Below the pieces are notes generated by a model, which did no database searches, was not told the DNA's origin, and was given only the letters and a program-made list of their open reading frames with translations. A stretch of DNA of 64,000 nt from an uncultured Syntrophomonadaceae bacterium (GTDB lineage Bacteria > Bacillota > Dethiobacteria > DTU022), in the NCBI GenBank assembly GCA_964390725.1, contig CAYMIW010000010.1, positions 1,721 to 65,720 of the forward strand, in the 5' to 3' direction. Both the position numbers and the translations under genes were made by a program. Positions 9,467 to 18,422 of this stretch are shown here, piece after piece. Positions within the stretch are counted from its first letter, which is position 1. Every line of letters begins with the position of its first letter.

Positions 9467-11173
9467 ATGACAGAGAAAAATGAAGCGGATTTAAAAACTA
9501 ATTTTATCTATACCATGATCAAGGAAGACATTGATCAAGGATTGCTGGAAGCAGCCCGGGTTCATACCCGCTTCCCGCCTGAGCCGAATGGTTACTTGCA
9601 TATTGGACATGCCAAGGCTGTGCTGTTAAATTATGGCATATCAAGAGATTTTAAAGGCAAATTCAACCTGCGCTTTGACGATACAAACCCAATCAAAGAA
9701 GAGCAGGAATTTGTCGATTCAATTATTGAAGATATTCGCTGGCTCGGAGCGGAGTGGGAGGACAGGCTCTTTTTTACCTCCGATTATTTTGAAGTGAAGT
9801 ACGAATTTGCCCAGCGGCTGATCAGGGCAGGCAGGGCTTACGTTTGCGATTTAAATCCTGAAGAAATCAGGAACTACAGGGGTACCCTCACCGAAGCTGG
9901 AACGGAAAGTCCTTACCGCAACCGTTCTGTTGATGAGAATATTGATCTTTTCGATAGAATGCGCCGCGGAGAATTTGAAAATGGTAGCAGGGTTCTCCGG
10001 GCAAAGATTGACATGACTTCCGGGAACCTAAATATGCGTGACCCTGTTCTTTATCGCATTCTTCATGCTGAACATCACCGCACCGGCGATAATTGGTGTA
10101 TTTATCCCATGTATGACTTTGATCACCCTTTTTCTGATGCCCTGGAAGGGATTACGCATTCTCTTTGTTCCATAGAATATAGCGATCATCGGCCGCTTTA
10201 TGACTGGATTGTCGATAATGCTCTCGAACTGATGCCCAAAGTAATCAAGTTCCGCTCAAGACAGACTGAATTTGCCCGTCTGAATATGACCTATACAGTT
10301 ATGAGCAAACGGAAATTAAGAAGACTGGTTGAAGAAAAGCATGTGGCAGGATGGGATGATCCACGCATGCCAACCATAGCCGGTTTACGGCGGCGTGGAG
10401 TTACTCCTGAAGCAATTGCCGACTTCCAGGACAAGGTGGGGGTTTCAAGATCTGACAGCACGGTAGACCTGGCGCTCCTGCAGCATTGTATCCGGCAGGA
10501 TCTTGAATCAAAAACCCCAAGGTTAATGGTAGTGTTGGACCCGATTAAGGTAAAAATTACTAACTGGCCTGAAGGCGAAATGGAAATGGTCGAGATGGAA
10601 AACATGCCGGGCAATGATAGCGCGGGAACTCGGATGGTGCCCTTTTCCGGTGAAATATTCATTGAACGGGACGACTTTATGGAAGAACCGCCGAAAAAAT
10701 TTTTCCGCCTTGCTCCCGGCAGGGAAGTGCGTCTTAAAGGAGCTTATATTATCTGTTGTGAAGAAGTGATTAAAGATGATGCCGGTAATCTTACCGAGTT
10801 GCGCTGTAGCTACGACCCCCGGACCAAAAGCAATGCGGATACCAGCGGCAAAAAGGTAAAAGGCGTTATCCACTGGGTATCAGAGAAACATGCTACCAGG
10901 ATTGACGTTAATCTTTATGATAACCTGTTTACTGTCGAGAATCCTGAGGAAGATGATGAAAAGGATTTTACAGATCATATCAACAAACAATCACTGGTCA
11001 CCTGTAAAAACGTTCCTGCTGAACCTGCTGTTGCCGATGCTGTTCCGGGAAACCGTTTCCAGTTTTTACGCAAGGGTTATTTTTATTATGATCCCCAGTC
11101 TTCCACTGAAATGAATCCGGTTTTTAACCGAATTGTTGCCCTGCGGGACAGTTGGGCCAGGATGAAGAAATAA
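9467..11173 (+). CDS. glnS: Glutaminyl-tRNA synthetase
   Basis: TRFPPEPNGYLHIGHAK, MSKRKL, RLAPGREVRLK, KVKGVIHWVS, FQFLRKGYF; no YqeY tail. Confidence 0.95.
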   Translation: MTEKNEADLKTNFIYTMIKEDIDQGLLEAARVHTRFPPEPNGYLHIGHAKAVLLNYGISRDFKGKFNLRFDDTNPIKEEQEFVDSIIEDIRWLGAEWEDRLFFTSDYFEVKYEFAQRLIRAGRAYVCDLNPEEIRNYRGTLTEAGTESPYRNRSVDENIDLFDRMRRGEFENGSRVLRAKIDMTSGNLNMRDPVLYRILHAEHHRTGDNWCIYPMYDFDHPFSDALEGITHSLCSIEYSDHRPLYDWIVDNALELMPKVIKFRSRQTEFARLNMTYTVMSKRKLRRLVEEKHVAGWDDPRMPTIAGLRRRGVTPEAIADFQDKVGVSRSDSTVDLALLQHCIRQDLESKTPRLMVVLDPIKVKITNWPEGEMEMVEMENMPGNDSAGTRMVPFSGEIFIERDDFMEEPPKKFFRLAPGREVRLKGAYIICCEEVIKDDAGNLTELRCSYDPRTKSNADTSGKKVKGVIHWVSEKHATRIDVNLYDNLFTVENPEEDDEKDFTDHINKQSLVTCKNVPAEPAVADAVPGNRFQFLRKGYFYYDPQSSTEMNPVFNRIVALRDSWARMKK

Positions 11174-11199
11174 TAGGGAATAAAGTACCTGCAGAAAAA

Positions 11200-11228
11200 C
11201 ACGGGCATCCTGTTGAAGGATGCCCGTG
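11200..11228. terminator. Hairpin between convergent glnS and DUF3887 genes
   Basis: CACGGGCATCCT-GTTGA-AGGATGCCCGTG, perfect 12-bp stem, with an A-run on the left. Confidence 0.75.
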
Positions 11229-11275
11229 ATAGTTCTTGCATGCCGGCATTTAGAGTAGAAGAATTGAGCCGGTTC

Positions 11276-11686
11276 CTAATCAACATTGAGGAACCAGAGC
11301 CCGGCAACACGGTTGTCATCATCAAAAACGACCCTGACATTCATCTTTTCGCCGTCAAAGGCAGTTAAGGTATTTACTGCCCTGTAGTCTTGAACAGTTT
11401 CAACTTTTTTTTCGATCTCGCCCTGGTAAGGTCCGGTCCGGGCAAGAAGGTTTTGCCAGGATTTCTCAAGCTGTTTGACAGACATTGCTTTCTTCATTTC
11501 GGTGTTGAAATAGGAGGCGGCTTTTTCATAATCCTCCGCCACCAGGTAAGAAATGAACTCAGCAGAAAGATCGGTAATCTCACCATCCAGGGGCGGCCCT
11601 GCAGGCACCGGTTCGCTGCCGCAGGAAACAATAAATAAGGTTGCCGCAGCTAAGTATAGAAGAATAAAACTTTTTTTAATAAACAT
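11276..11686 (-). CDS. DUF3887-like lipoprotein
   Basis: Lipobox IVSC; AAEFISYLVAEDYEKAASYF..W..G..VVFDDDNRVAGLWF. Start at 11686 with AAGGAAG RBS. Confidence 0.65.
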   Translation of the reverse strand: MFIKKSFILLYLAAATLFIVSCGSEPVPAGPPLDGEITDLSAEFISYLVAEDYEKAASYFNTEMKKAMSVKQLEKSWQNLLARTGPYQGEIEKKVETVQDYRAVNTLTAFDGEKMNVRVVFDDDNRVAGLWFLNVD

Positions 11687-11803
11687 TATATACTTCCTTT
11701 CGTTAAGCGATAGGATATTTTCTTTACCCATACTATCATAGGATTATTAACCTGGTTTTGCAACAGGATAAACCCATCGGTTTACTGTCCGGGAGGAGTA
11801 AAA

Positions 11804-12520
11804 ATGGAACAGCGTTACACAGTAGAATATAAGAACTGTGTTATCCCATTTGTCGTTGTCAGGAAAAAGGTACGCAACATTAATATCAGGATCAGACCTG
11901 ATTCTACTATACTTGTTTCGGCTAATAAGTTAGTTCCCATTGAATACCTTGAGGGGCTGGTGCTGATGAAGGCCGAATGGATTATGAAGAACCTGGAAAT
12001 TATTGATCAAAAAATTAATGCCGGCTCCATGTATCGCTTTATTTCCGGGGAAATAATCGATTACCTGGGAGAACAATGTGAACTGCAGGTGATAGAAACT
12101 GATCAGGTGGAGCAGGCTGTGCTTGAAAATGGAATTTTAAAGATATATGTTGCCCGGGGGAGCAGCAGGGAGTACCGTGAAGAGTTGGTCAGCCAGTGGT
12201 ACAGGAAAGAGGCTCTGCCAATATTCAATAAAGCGTTGGAAAGGCTTTTTCCTGTGGCGGCAGCCCATGGAATAGAAAAGCCGAACTTGAAAGTAAGAAA
12301 AATGAAAACCAGGTGGGGTTCATGTTCGTGGGGAAAAGGCAAGATTACTTTAAACAGTGAATTACTGAAAGTTCCCCAGCTTTGCATTGACTATGTTATC
12401 ATGCATGAACTGGCCCATTTCAGGCATCACGGACACGACCAGTCTTTTTATAATTTTATGGATCTGGTTATGCCCGACTGGCGGGCTCGTAAAGAAATGT
12501 TGAAAAAATACCACCTGTAA
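11804..12520 (+). CDS. YgjP/DUF45-family M48-like metallohydrolase
   Basis: RKMKTRWGSCS..LNSEL..DYVIMHELAH. Confidence 0.85.
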   Translation: MEQRYTVEYKNCVIPFVVVRKKVRNINIRIRPDSTILVSANKLVPIEYLEGLVLMKAEWIMKNLEIIDQKINAGSMYRFISGEIIDYLGEQCELQVIETDQVEQAVLENGILKIYVARGSSREYREELVSQWYRKEALPIFNKALERLFPVAAAHGIEKPNLKVRKMKTRWGSCSWGKGKITLNSELLKVPQLCIDYVIMHELAHFRHHGHDQSFYNFMDLVMPDWRARKEMLKKYHL

Positions 12521-12534
12521 GCTGGAGTATCGGT

Positions 12535-13251
12535 TCACCACAGACCCGGAATCAGGCGGTAGGGCACTTTAGTGCTGTATTTATCGAATCCGGGCAGTTC
12601 TTTTTTTAGAAAAGCATCTTCAAGCGCAGTGCGGATAATATATCCTGCGATAACAGCAAGGGCCGGTATTAATGCCTGCTGAGAGCCGAGGATGAAAGGT
12701 GTTGCTGCCATACTGATTATCCCACCGGCATAGCCGGGATGGCGAACGTACCTGTAGGGCCCGCCGGAAGCCACCTGGTGACCGCGTTCATGCTGGAGAC
12801 GTACCGTGGATGAGAAAAATTTATTAGCAGCCATCGACCAGGTACTGAGCAGGCCTCCCAGGATAAAAATCAGCAGGGCAAAAGATGATAAGGCAGCATT
12901 GTAATCACCGGACCATTCGAACCTTTTGTCTAACCCGGCAACGATCAGGATTAGCAGCGGACCTATTACTGCAACAAAAATTGAAAGGTAAACATCCCAT
13001 TTTTGAGTCCCTCCCTGCATTTGGGAACGTTCAGCCAATAATTTTTTATCGGTAAAGGTAGCGTTGGCGGCAATAATAAAGAATACAGCGGCCAGGTAAA
13101 ACCATGCCGCATGCCATCCACATTCTCCTGCAGATAAGCAAAGTGCCAGGGCGCTGATCAGAATTCCCAGCAAATTCTTAATCCACCATTTGCTAATTCC
13201 TGTAGATTGCTTGTTTCGCACGACCCTTGCTTTCTCCTTTGTACAATGCAT
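12535..13251 (-). CDS. Isoprenylcysteine carboxyl methyltransferase (ICMT/PEMT) family membrane protein
   Basis: N.FFSSTVRLQHERGHQVASGGPYRYVRHPGY..RTALEDAFL..Y..KVPYRLIPG. Confidence 0.85.
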   Translation of the reverse strand: MHCTKEKARVVRNKQSTGISKWWIKNLLGILISALALCLSAGECGWHAAWFYLAAVFFIIAANATFTDKKLLAERSQMQGGTQKWDVYLSIFVAVIGPLLILIVAGLDKRFEWSGDYNAALSSFALLIFILGGLLSTWSMAANKFFSSTVRLQHERGHQVASGGPYRYVRHPGYAGGIISMAATPFILGSQQALIPALAVIAGYIIRTALEDAFLKKELPGFDKYSTKVPYRLIPGLW

Positions 13252-13337
13252 GTCTTATTTATTATAAGCTGTCCCGGTGAAAACATTATAGCCCCAATAA
13301 ATTCTTCTACCGGTGTATGCTATTGTGTAGCTTGTAT

Positions 13338-13694
13338 TTAGAAATAGTTATAAACGGTAAAACCAAGAACAAGGCTGAGCAAAATTGTAATGAGTGCCAA
13401 AGCCAGGCTGATAATAATTAAAATGCCCTGTACCTTGAAATAGGTATTCAGGTTCGAGGTGAAAAGATTAAACTGGGTTGGGTCAACCTCCTCGGCGGGG
13501 CTGGCTGCCAGGGTATCAGCATTCTGCTGGGCGCTGCGCAGTTTAATCCCCAGTATAATCATGATAACACCCGGGATAGCCCCTATAACGAAGGCGAAAA
13601 CTCCGGCTATGGCAGATATAGCCCCGGCAATTATCGTCATAATACCGACAAATCCCATCCATCCGCTCAATTGTTTTAAAGTATTCCTGTCCAT
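13338..13694 (-). CDS. DUF5362-like membrane protein
   Basis: WMGFVGIMTII..GIKL..YFKVQGILIII pattern with two TM regions. Confidence 0.6.
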   Translation of the reverse strand: MDRNTLKQLSGWMGFVGIMTIIAGAISAIAGVFAFVIGAIPGVIMIILGIKLRSAQQNADTLAASPAEEVDPTQFNLFTSNLNTYFKVQGILIIISLALALITILLSLVLGFTVYNYF

Positions 13695-13706
13695 ATTTGT
13701 CTCCTT

Positions 13707-14549
13707 TCAAGTGATTTTGGTTAAAAAGTTAATCAGTATTTGATTAAAATAATCGGGATTATCCTGGTTGGCATTATGGGAAGCATCGGGAATTACAGTA
13801 TAGGTTACATCAGGTTCATATTTAACCCAGGTTGGAGCCTGTTTGCGTATAACACCGGTATTATCACGATCACCATGAGTGATTAGTAACGGTACATTAA
13901 TTCTGTGCCCCGGTATTCCTGTTTCATTAACAGCTACTGTAACCGCTTCCCATATTTTCTGAAAAGTTTGCCTATCCAGGCTTCTGATAACCTCCAGGGC
14001 GTATTTTCGAACGGCAGGATTAAGCGCAGTACTGGTTGCAACTGTTTTTGTAAAATGCTGATAAGGCCACAGATTGAAGAGCGATAAGGATGCTTTTAAA
14101 GCCCAAATCTGCCATTTTGGATAAGCAAAGGCAATACTGGTTGATCCGATTATGGCCAGGGCTCGAACCCAGTCGGGGTAAAGCAGGTAAAAAAACTGGG
14201 CTATATATCCGCCCATCGATTGCCCAACCAGGATTACTTTACTTACTTTTTCCTCTTTCAGAACCGTCATTAAATCAGCAGCACAATCCTGCAGAATAAA
14301 GTTCCCGGTTAAAGGCCTAGATTTGCCGTGCCCGCGGGCATCCCAGGCAATTATGTTATAATCCTGCTGCAAAGCAGGCACCTGGGCGTTAAACATGCGG
14401 TGATCCATTGTAGCACCGTGCAGCATCACCAGGGTTGGAGCATGGGTCTTAGCTGAATTGATCCAGTAGTGGATTGGGCAATTAGTGCTCTCAATTTTTT
14501 TTTCAATAAGGCTGGCGGGAGTTGAATCCCACATTGAAAACTGGTCCAT
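13707..14549 (-). CDS. Alpha/beta hydrolase
   Basis: MLHG, DARGHG, GQSMGG nucleophile elbow, HGDRD, ASHNAN. Confidence 0.9.
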   Translation of the reverse strand: MDQFSMWDSTPASLIEKKIESTNCPIHYWINSAKTHAPTLVMLHGATMDHRMFNAQVPALQQDYNIIAWDARGHGKSRPLTGNFILQDCAADLMTVLKEEKVSKVILVGQSMGGYIAQFFYLLYPDWVRALAIIGSTSIAFAYPKWQIWALKASLSLFNLWPYQHFTKTVATSTALNPAVRKYALEVIRSLDRQTFQKIWEAVTVAVNETGIPGHRINVPLLITHGDRDNTGVIRKQAPTWVKYEPDVTYTVIPDASHNANQDNPDYFNQILINFLTKIT

Positions 14550-14818
14550 ACTGACACCCTTTCAGCACAACCTAAATGTAACCTTTCCGATACAGAGCAT
14601 ATAAGCTGGTCTTATTATTCTTGATTATTTTGTAGTTTCCCTTTTTTTCAGCCGTTAAAATCGGTTTCCGGACCCGGGTAGCTCTGTTTTTTTATTGTGG
14701 AATAAAAATTCATAATGAGAATAACAGAAAAAAATTTATGTAAAACATTAAAAAATTATTGTTAAACAATAATTTTAGAGTTATAATAATAACAACACAG
14801 AAAAAGGAGTGGTAATAA

Positions 14819-15403
14819 ATGGTTAAATATACAGGAAAAAAATCAGCAGCATCATTACTCACAACCCTGCTTAACCTGGCTTGGTATGCAGGTCTGGTTC
14901 TGGCCCTTTTTTTCATCGGGGTGCAGACATATTTTATCCTGAGCGGCCCGCAGTTGTCGGGAGAATCGATGATGCTGCAGATAGAAACTACCGGGATGAT
15001 TTTCAGGTTCACCGAAGGGTTTCAGTTTTCTGCTCAGGATTCCCTGTTAGTTTATCAGTTTTCCCTTGTCCTGCCCCTGATAGTTATTGGTCTTTTTATA
15101 ATATTTCACCTGAGAAAAATTCTTGCTTCACTGGCCAACGAAGAACCGTTTACTGTTGAAAACAGCAGTAGGATTAAGTATATCGGCTGGAGCGTAATAA
15201 TAATCACATTTATAAAAGCCGTCCTAAGTTTTCTTCTGGGTATCTATTTTTCAAGAATGGTTGTTCTTCCCGGTTTGGAGATCAGCGCCAACATTCGCTT
15301 GATAGATTTCAGTGGGATACTGGCCGGCATACTAATTTTAATCCTGGCAGAGGTATTTAAGCATGGCGCTCTTCTCCAGGAAGATCACAACTTAACAGTA
15401 TGA
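14819..15403 (+). CDS. DUF2975 membrane protein
   Basis: EPFTVENSSRIKYIG..ILAEVFKHGALLQEDHNLTV; coupled to a YozG-like HTH gene. Confidence 0.85.
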   Translation: MVKYTGKKSAASLLTTLLNLAWYAGLVLALFFIGVQTYFILSGPQLSGESMMLQIETTGMIFRFTEGFQFSAQDSLLVYQFSLVLPLIVIGLFIIFHLRKILASLANEEPFTVENSSRIKYIGWSVIIITFIKAVLSFLLGIYFSRMVVLPGLEISANIRLIDFSGILAGILILILAEVFKHGALLQEDHNLTV

Positions 15404-15417
15404 GAGGGGAGCATAAT

Positions 15418-15633
15418 ATGGCGATTATAGTCAGGCTTGATCGTGTGATGGCTGATCGTAAAGTTTCATTAACCGATCTGGCCGATAAAGTTGGTATTAC
15501 CATGGCCAACCTGTCACTTTTGAAAACTGGTAAAGTTAAAGCAGTCAGGTTTTCAACCCTGGAAGCGCTCTGCCGTGAACTGAATTGCCAACCCGGAGAT
15601 ATACTAGAATACAGGCAGGAGCGTATTAGTTAA
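15418..15633 (+). CDS. YozG-like Cro/C1 HTH regulator
   Basis: MAIIVRLDRVMADRK..NLSLLKTGKVKAVRFSTLEALC..CQPGDIL. Confidence 0.9.
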   Translation: MAIIVRLDRVMADRKVSLTDLADKVGITMANLSLLKTGKVKAVRFSTLEALCRELNCQPGDILEYRQERIS

Positions 15634-15668
15634 TATAATCTTTTCAAGATAATACTGGAGGAGATGGT

Positions 15669-16151
15669 TTAACAACCCATCTCCTTCAGTATTCTTGCCA
15701 GGACAAAGAGTCTTTCACTAATCAGTTCATCATCCTTACTTAAAGCTTCCTTGAACAGCTTAATGTCTTCATCAATCATTTCGTTACCGGTGCAGATTTC
15801 AAGACTCATGGCATCTCCCTGCAGGCCAATTCTTTCCAGTAAAGTTTTCTCCGGATCATAAAGCTTATCATAGCGGTAAGATTCACGAAAATGCTGCATA
15901 GCCCTGCAGACCATTATAGCCAGGTCAAGCACACGGTGCATGGGCATCTCTTCCGACTGGCGGGACCACTTTTCACCAGTATGCCGCCATACTTTTGCCG
16001 AAACGTCTACCTTGCCGCGATCGTTCCACTGGGCCAGGCCCAGCGATAGACCCTTGGCATCAGACTCATACGCATAACGACCGTCTACGTTCTCATAGTT
16101 TTCTACCACTATAACCGGCTTATGCTTCAATGTGGTTGGAATTTTCATCAC
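15669..16151 (-). CDS. Conserved Clostridia-type hypothetical protein (DUF6530-like)
   Basis: MKIPTTLKHKPVI..DAKGLSLGLAQWNDRGKVD.SAKVWR..WSRQSEE pattern, recognised from memory. Confidence 0.65.
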   Translation of the reverse strand: MMKIPTTLKHKPVIVVENYENVDGRYAYESDAKGLSLGLAQWNDRGKVDVSAKVWRHTGEKWSRQSEEMPMHRVLDLAIMVCRAMQHFRESYRYDKLYDPEKTLLERIGLQGDAMSLEICTGNEMIDEDIKLFKEALSKDDELISERLFVLARILKEMGC

Positions 16152-16168
16152 TTAAATGCTCCTTTACA

Positions 16169-16223
16169 TTACTGAATTAGTAAATTACTAAGTTAGTATA
16201 ATTCATAAAGTAACTCCTGTCAA
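16169..16223 (-). promoter_or_regulatory. Sigma-A promoter with tandem palindromic operators
   Basis: TTGACA (16223-16218), 17 nt, TATACT (16200-16195); TTACTGAATTAGTAA at 16169-16183 and TTACTAAGTTAGTA at 16185-16198. Confidence 0.7.
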
Positions 16224-16232
16224 GATAGATAA

Positions 16233-16266
16233 AAAAAGAGCCGGTCTGCTTACGACCATGGCTCTG
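16233..16266 (-). terminator. Intrinsic terminator after mgtE
   Basis: AGAGCC-ATGGTC..GACC-GGCTCT followed by a T-run on the minus strand. Confidence 0.6.
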
Positions 16267-16302
16267 TTCCCGATTCAGCATGTTTTGTATTATTATCTGT
16301 GT

Positions 16303-17634
16303 CTAGATATTCAGGTACCAGGTGGCGATGGAAAAATAAATTATAACACCTACAATATCTGCTATTGAGGTTACCAGCGGCCCGCTTGCCGTGGCCGGGT
16401 CAATATTTACCTTACTGAAAATAAAAGGAAGGCACATGCCCATGGTACTGCCAACCAGGACAACTGCGATCATGGAAAGCGCTACAACAACAGCTACGTC
16501 AATCCCACCCCTGAAATAGCCCACTGCCAGAACGGCAACTCCCAAAATAATGCCGAGCGGTAAAGCGGTTATCACTTCTTTTTTCAGCAGCTTGAACCAG
16601 TTTTCAATTTTTACTTCACCCAGGGCCATGGCCCTGATCATCAACGTCGCAGCCTGTGCTCCCGCATTACCGGCACTGTCAATAAGAAGCGGCATAAAGA
16701 AAACCAGGGCGATTACAGCCTGAATAATCTCCTCAAAATGGGCTATAGTTGCCCCTGAAAAAATATTAACAAATATTAACAGCAAGAGCCAGGGCAGTCT
16801 TCTTCTGATCAGAAAGAAAGGACTGGCATCCAGCACATTCATATCTATTTTACCAATGGTTGCCATTTTGTGGAAGTCTTCCGTGTTTTCTTCTTCAATA
16901 ACATCAACAATGTCATCAACAGTGATTATGCCGACCAGGCGGTTCTCATTGTCAGTTATCGGCATGGCGATCAGGTCGTATTTTTTCATTAAGTCGGCCA
17001 CGTCTTCTTTGTCGTCTAAGGTGTTGGCATGAATTATTTCTTCGCGCATAATCTCTTTGATTTTCTTTTCCGGTGGGGCAATAACCAGGTCTCTCAGTGA
17101 TAAAACCCCTTCCAGGTGCCTGGCTGAATCGGTAACATAGCAGGTATAAATGGTTTCCTTGTCGAGGGCAATGCTTCTAACCTTTTCAAGAGCCTGCAGG
17201 GCGGTCATTTCTTTTTTGAGATCAACAAATTCGATGGTCATCAGGCTGCCGGCTGAGTCTTCCGGGTAATTAAGGAACTGGTTGATCAGTTTTCGCTCCG
17301 TATCGGTGGAATTACGCAGAATGCGTTTCACCACGTTGGCAGGGATTTCCTCCAAAAAGTCAATCTTGTCATCAAAGTTGAGATCATTTAGGATATCCTG
17401 TAGTTCTTTTTCATTAACCAGGACATATAAATCAGACTGGCTTTCTGAGGAAATCTCTGCAAAAACATCGGCAGCAATCTCTTTCGGCAGAAGCCTAAAA
17501 ACCAGCAGGGTGGTTTTGGGGTCAAGTTCATCAAGAAGTTCGGCGATATCGGCTATGTGGCCCTTGGCTAACTCTTTTTGCAGAGAGGTATAATTTTTCT
17601 TCTCCAGTAATTCATTAATTAATTCTTTATTCAT
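16303..17634 (-). CDS. mgtE: Magnesium transporter MgtE
   Basis: MgtE_N helices, DSAGSLMT, tandem CBS domains, RLPWLL, GNAGAQAAT, DPATASGPLVTSIADIVG. Confidence 0.97.
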   Translation of the reverse strand: MNKELINELLEKKNYTSLQKELAKGHIADIAELLDELDPKTTLLVFRLLPKEIAADVFAEISSESQSDLYVLVNEKELQDILNDLNFDDKIDFLEEIPANVVKRILRNSTDTERKLINQFLNYPEDSAGSLMTIEFVDLKKEMTALQALEKVRSIALDKETIYTCYVTDSARHLEGVLSLRDLVIAPPEKKIKEIMREEIIHANTLDDKEDVADLMKKYDLIAMPITDNENRLVGIITVDDIVDVIEEENTEDFHKMATIGKIDMNVLDASPFFLIRRRLPWLLLLIFVNIFSGATIAHFEEIIQAVIALVFFMPLLIDSAGNAGAQAATLMIRAMALGEVKIENWFKLLKKEVITALPLGIILGVAVLAVGYFRGGIDVAVVVALSMIAVVLVGSTMGMCLPFIFSKVNIDPATASGPLVTSIADIVGVIIYFSIATWYLNI

Positions 17635-17640
17635 AATAAA

Positions 17641-17709
17641 GCCTCCTTAAACAGTATATCGGGAGGCCTTCCTGTAAGGAAACAGAAAGCCTCCCTGCAG
17701 GAGGCTTTT
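17641..17709 (-). terminator. Attenuator hairpin plus SD-sequestering hairpin in the mgtE leader
   Basis: AAAGCCTCC-TGCAG-GGAGGCTTT-CTGTTT immediately after the leader stop; downstream GCCTCCC (17667-17661) is complementary to the mgtE SD GGAGGC (17646-17641). Confidence 0.75.
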
Positions 17710-17800
17710 ACTTGATAACTAGATCGAGCATATATGTACTGAACGGGCCTCCTGAAAGGTTGAGATAAAAGTTGGTACTATGCGAAGGTCCGCTGTCCAT
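17708..17800 (-). CDS. mgtE leader peptide, 30 aa: MDSGPSHSTNFYLNLSGGPFSTYMLDLVIK
   Basis: GAGGTGA RBS 5 nt upstream of ATG 17800; open frame to TAA 17710-17708, directly abutting the attenuator hairpin. Absent from the ORF track. Confidence 0.75.
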   Translation of the reverse strand: MDSGPSHSTNFYLNLSGGPFSTYMLDLVIK

Positions 17801-17975
17801 ATAATTCACCTCGATTATCCGGATATTTATTCTGCCGGTAATGGTTTATCCTAAACTCTTATTGCCTGATTTTACCTGAAACTACTTATTATATTAACCC
17901 TTCTCTTTTTTATATGTCAACAACATTTATAAATAAGGCCAGATTAACAGGCAATATTCAGCAGAAACCAGTATA

Positions 17976-18033
17976 TTGACAGGGAACGGGGATTTTTTTA
18001 TAATTATAAATGAACAATTACTCATGTGTTCAT
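17976..18033 (+). promoter_or_regulatory. Consensus sigma-A promoter and ArsR/SmtB-type operator
   Basis: TTGACA (17976-17981), 17 nt, TATAAT (17999-18004); ATGAACA-N10-TGTTCAT at 18010-18033. Confidence 0.85.
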
Positions 18034-18056
18034 ATGAACTTAAGGGGCAGAGATTG

Positions 18057-18422
18057 ATGAATGATCAGGACAATGAAAAGTTGCAGTGTGATTTTACCAT
18101 TGTGCACCGGGATGTGGTAGAAAAGGTGCGTAGAGCTATGCCGGGGGAAGAAAAACTTTATGATCTTGCGGAATTTTTTAAGGTATTTGGAGATTCGACC
18201 AGGATTAAAATTATTTGGGCCCTTGTAGAAGAAGAGATGTGTGTATGCGATATTGCTTTCCTTCTGAATATGACCCATTCGGCAATATCACATCAATTAC
18301 GGGTTCTTAAACAGGCTCGCCTGGTGAAGCCTCGCCGGGAGGGGAAAAATATATTTTACTCACTGGACGATCAACATATTGGAGCAATATTTAAACAAGG
18401 CCTGGAGCATATTAATGAATAA
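18057..18422 (+). CDS. ArsR/SmtB-family metal-sensing repressor (CadC/ZiaR-like)
   Basis: LAEFFKVFGDSTRIKII..EMCVCDIA..SAISHQLRVLK..FYSLDDQHI..LEH; start moved to ATG 18057, downstream of the promoter. Confidence 0.9.
   Translation: MNDQDNEKLQCDFTIVHRDVVEKVRRAMPGEEKLYDLAEFFKVFGDSTRIKIIWALVEEEMCVCDIAFLLNMTHSAISHQLRVLKQARLVKPRREGKNIFYSLDDQHIGAIFKQGLEHINE

Noticed and set aside
11804-12520. YgjP/M48 gene as a marker of a type I restriction system
   Set aside because: No hsdR/M/S genes nearby.
17640-17880. M-box (ykoK) riboswitch upstream of mgtE
   Set aside because: I could not find the conserved M-box core; the region is better explained by a uORF plus alternative hairpins.
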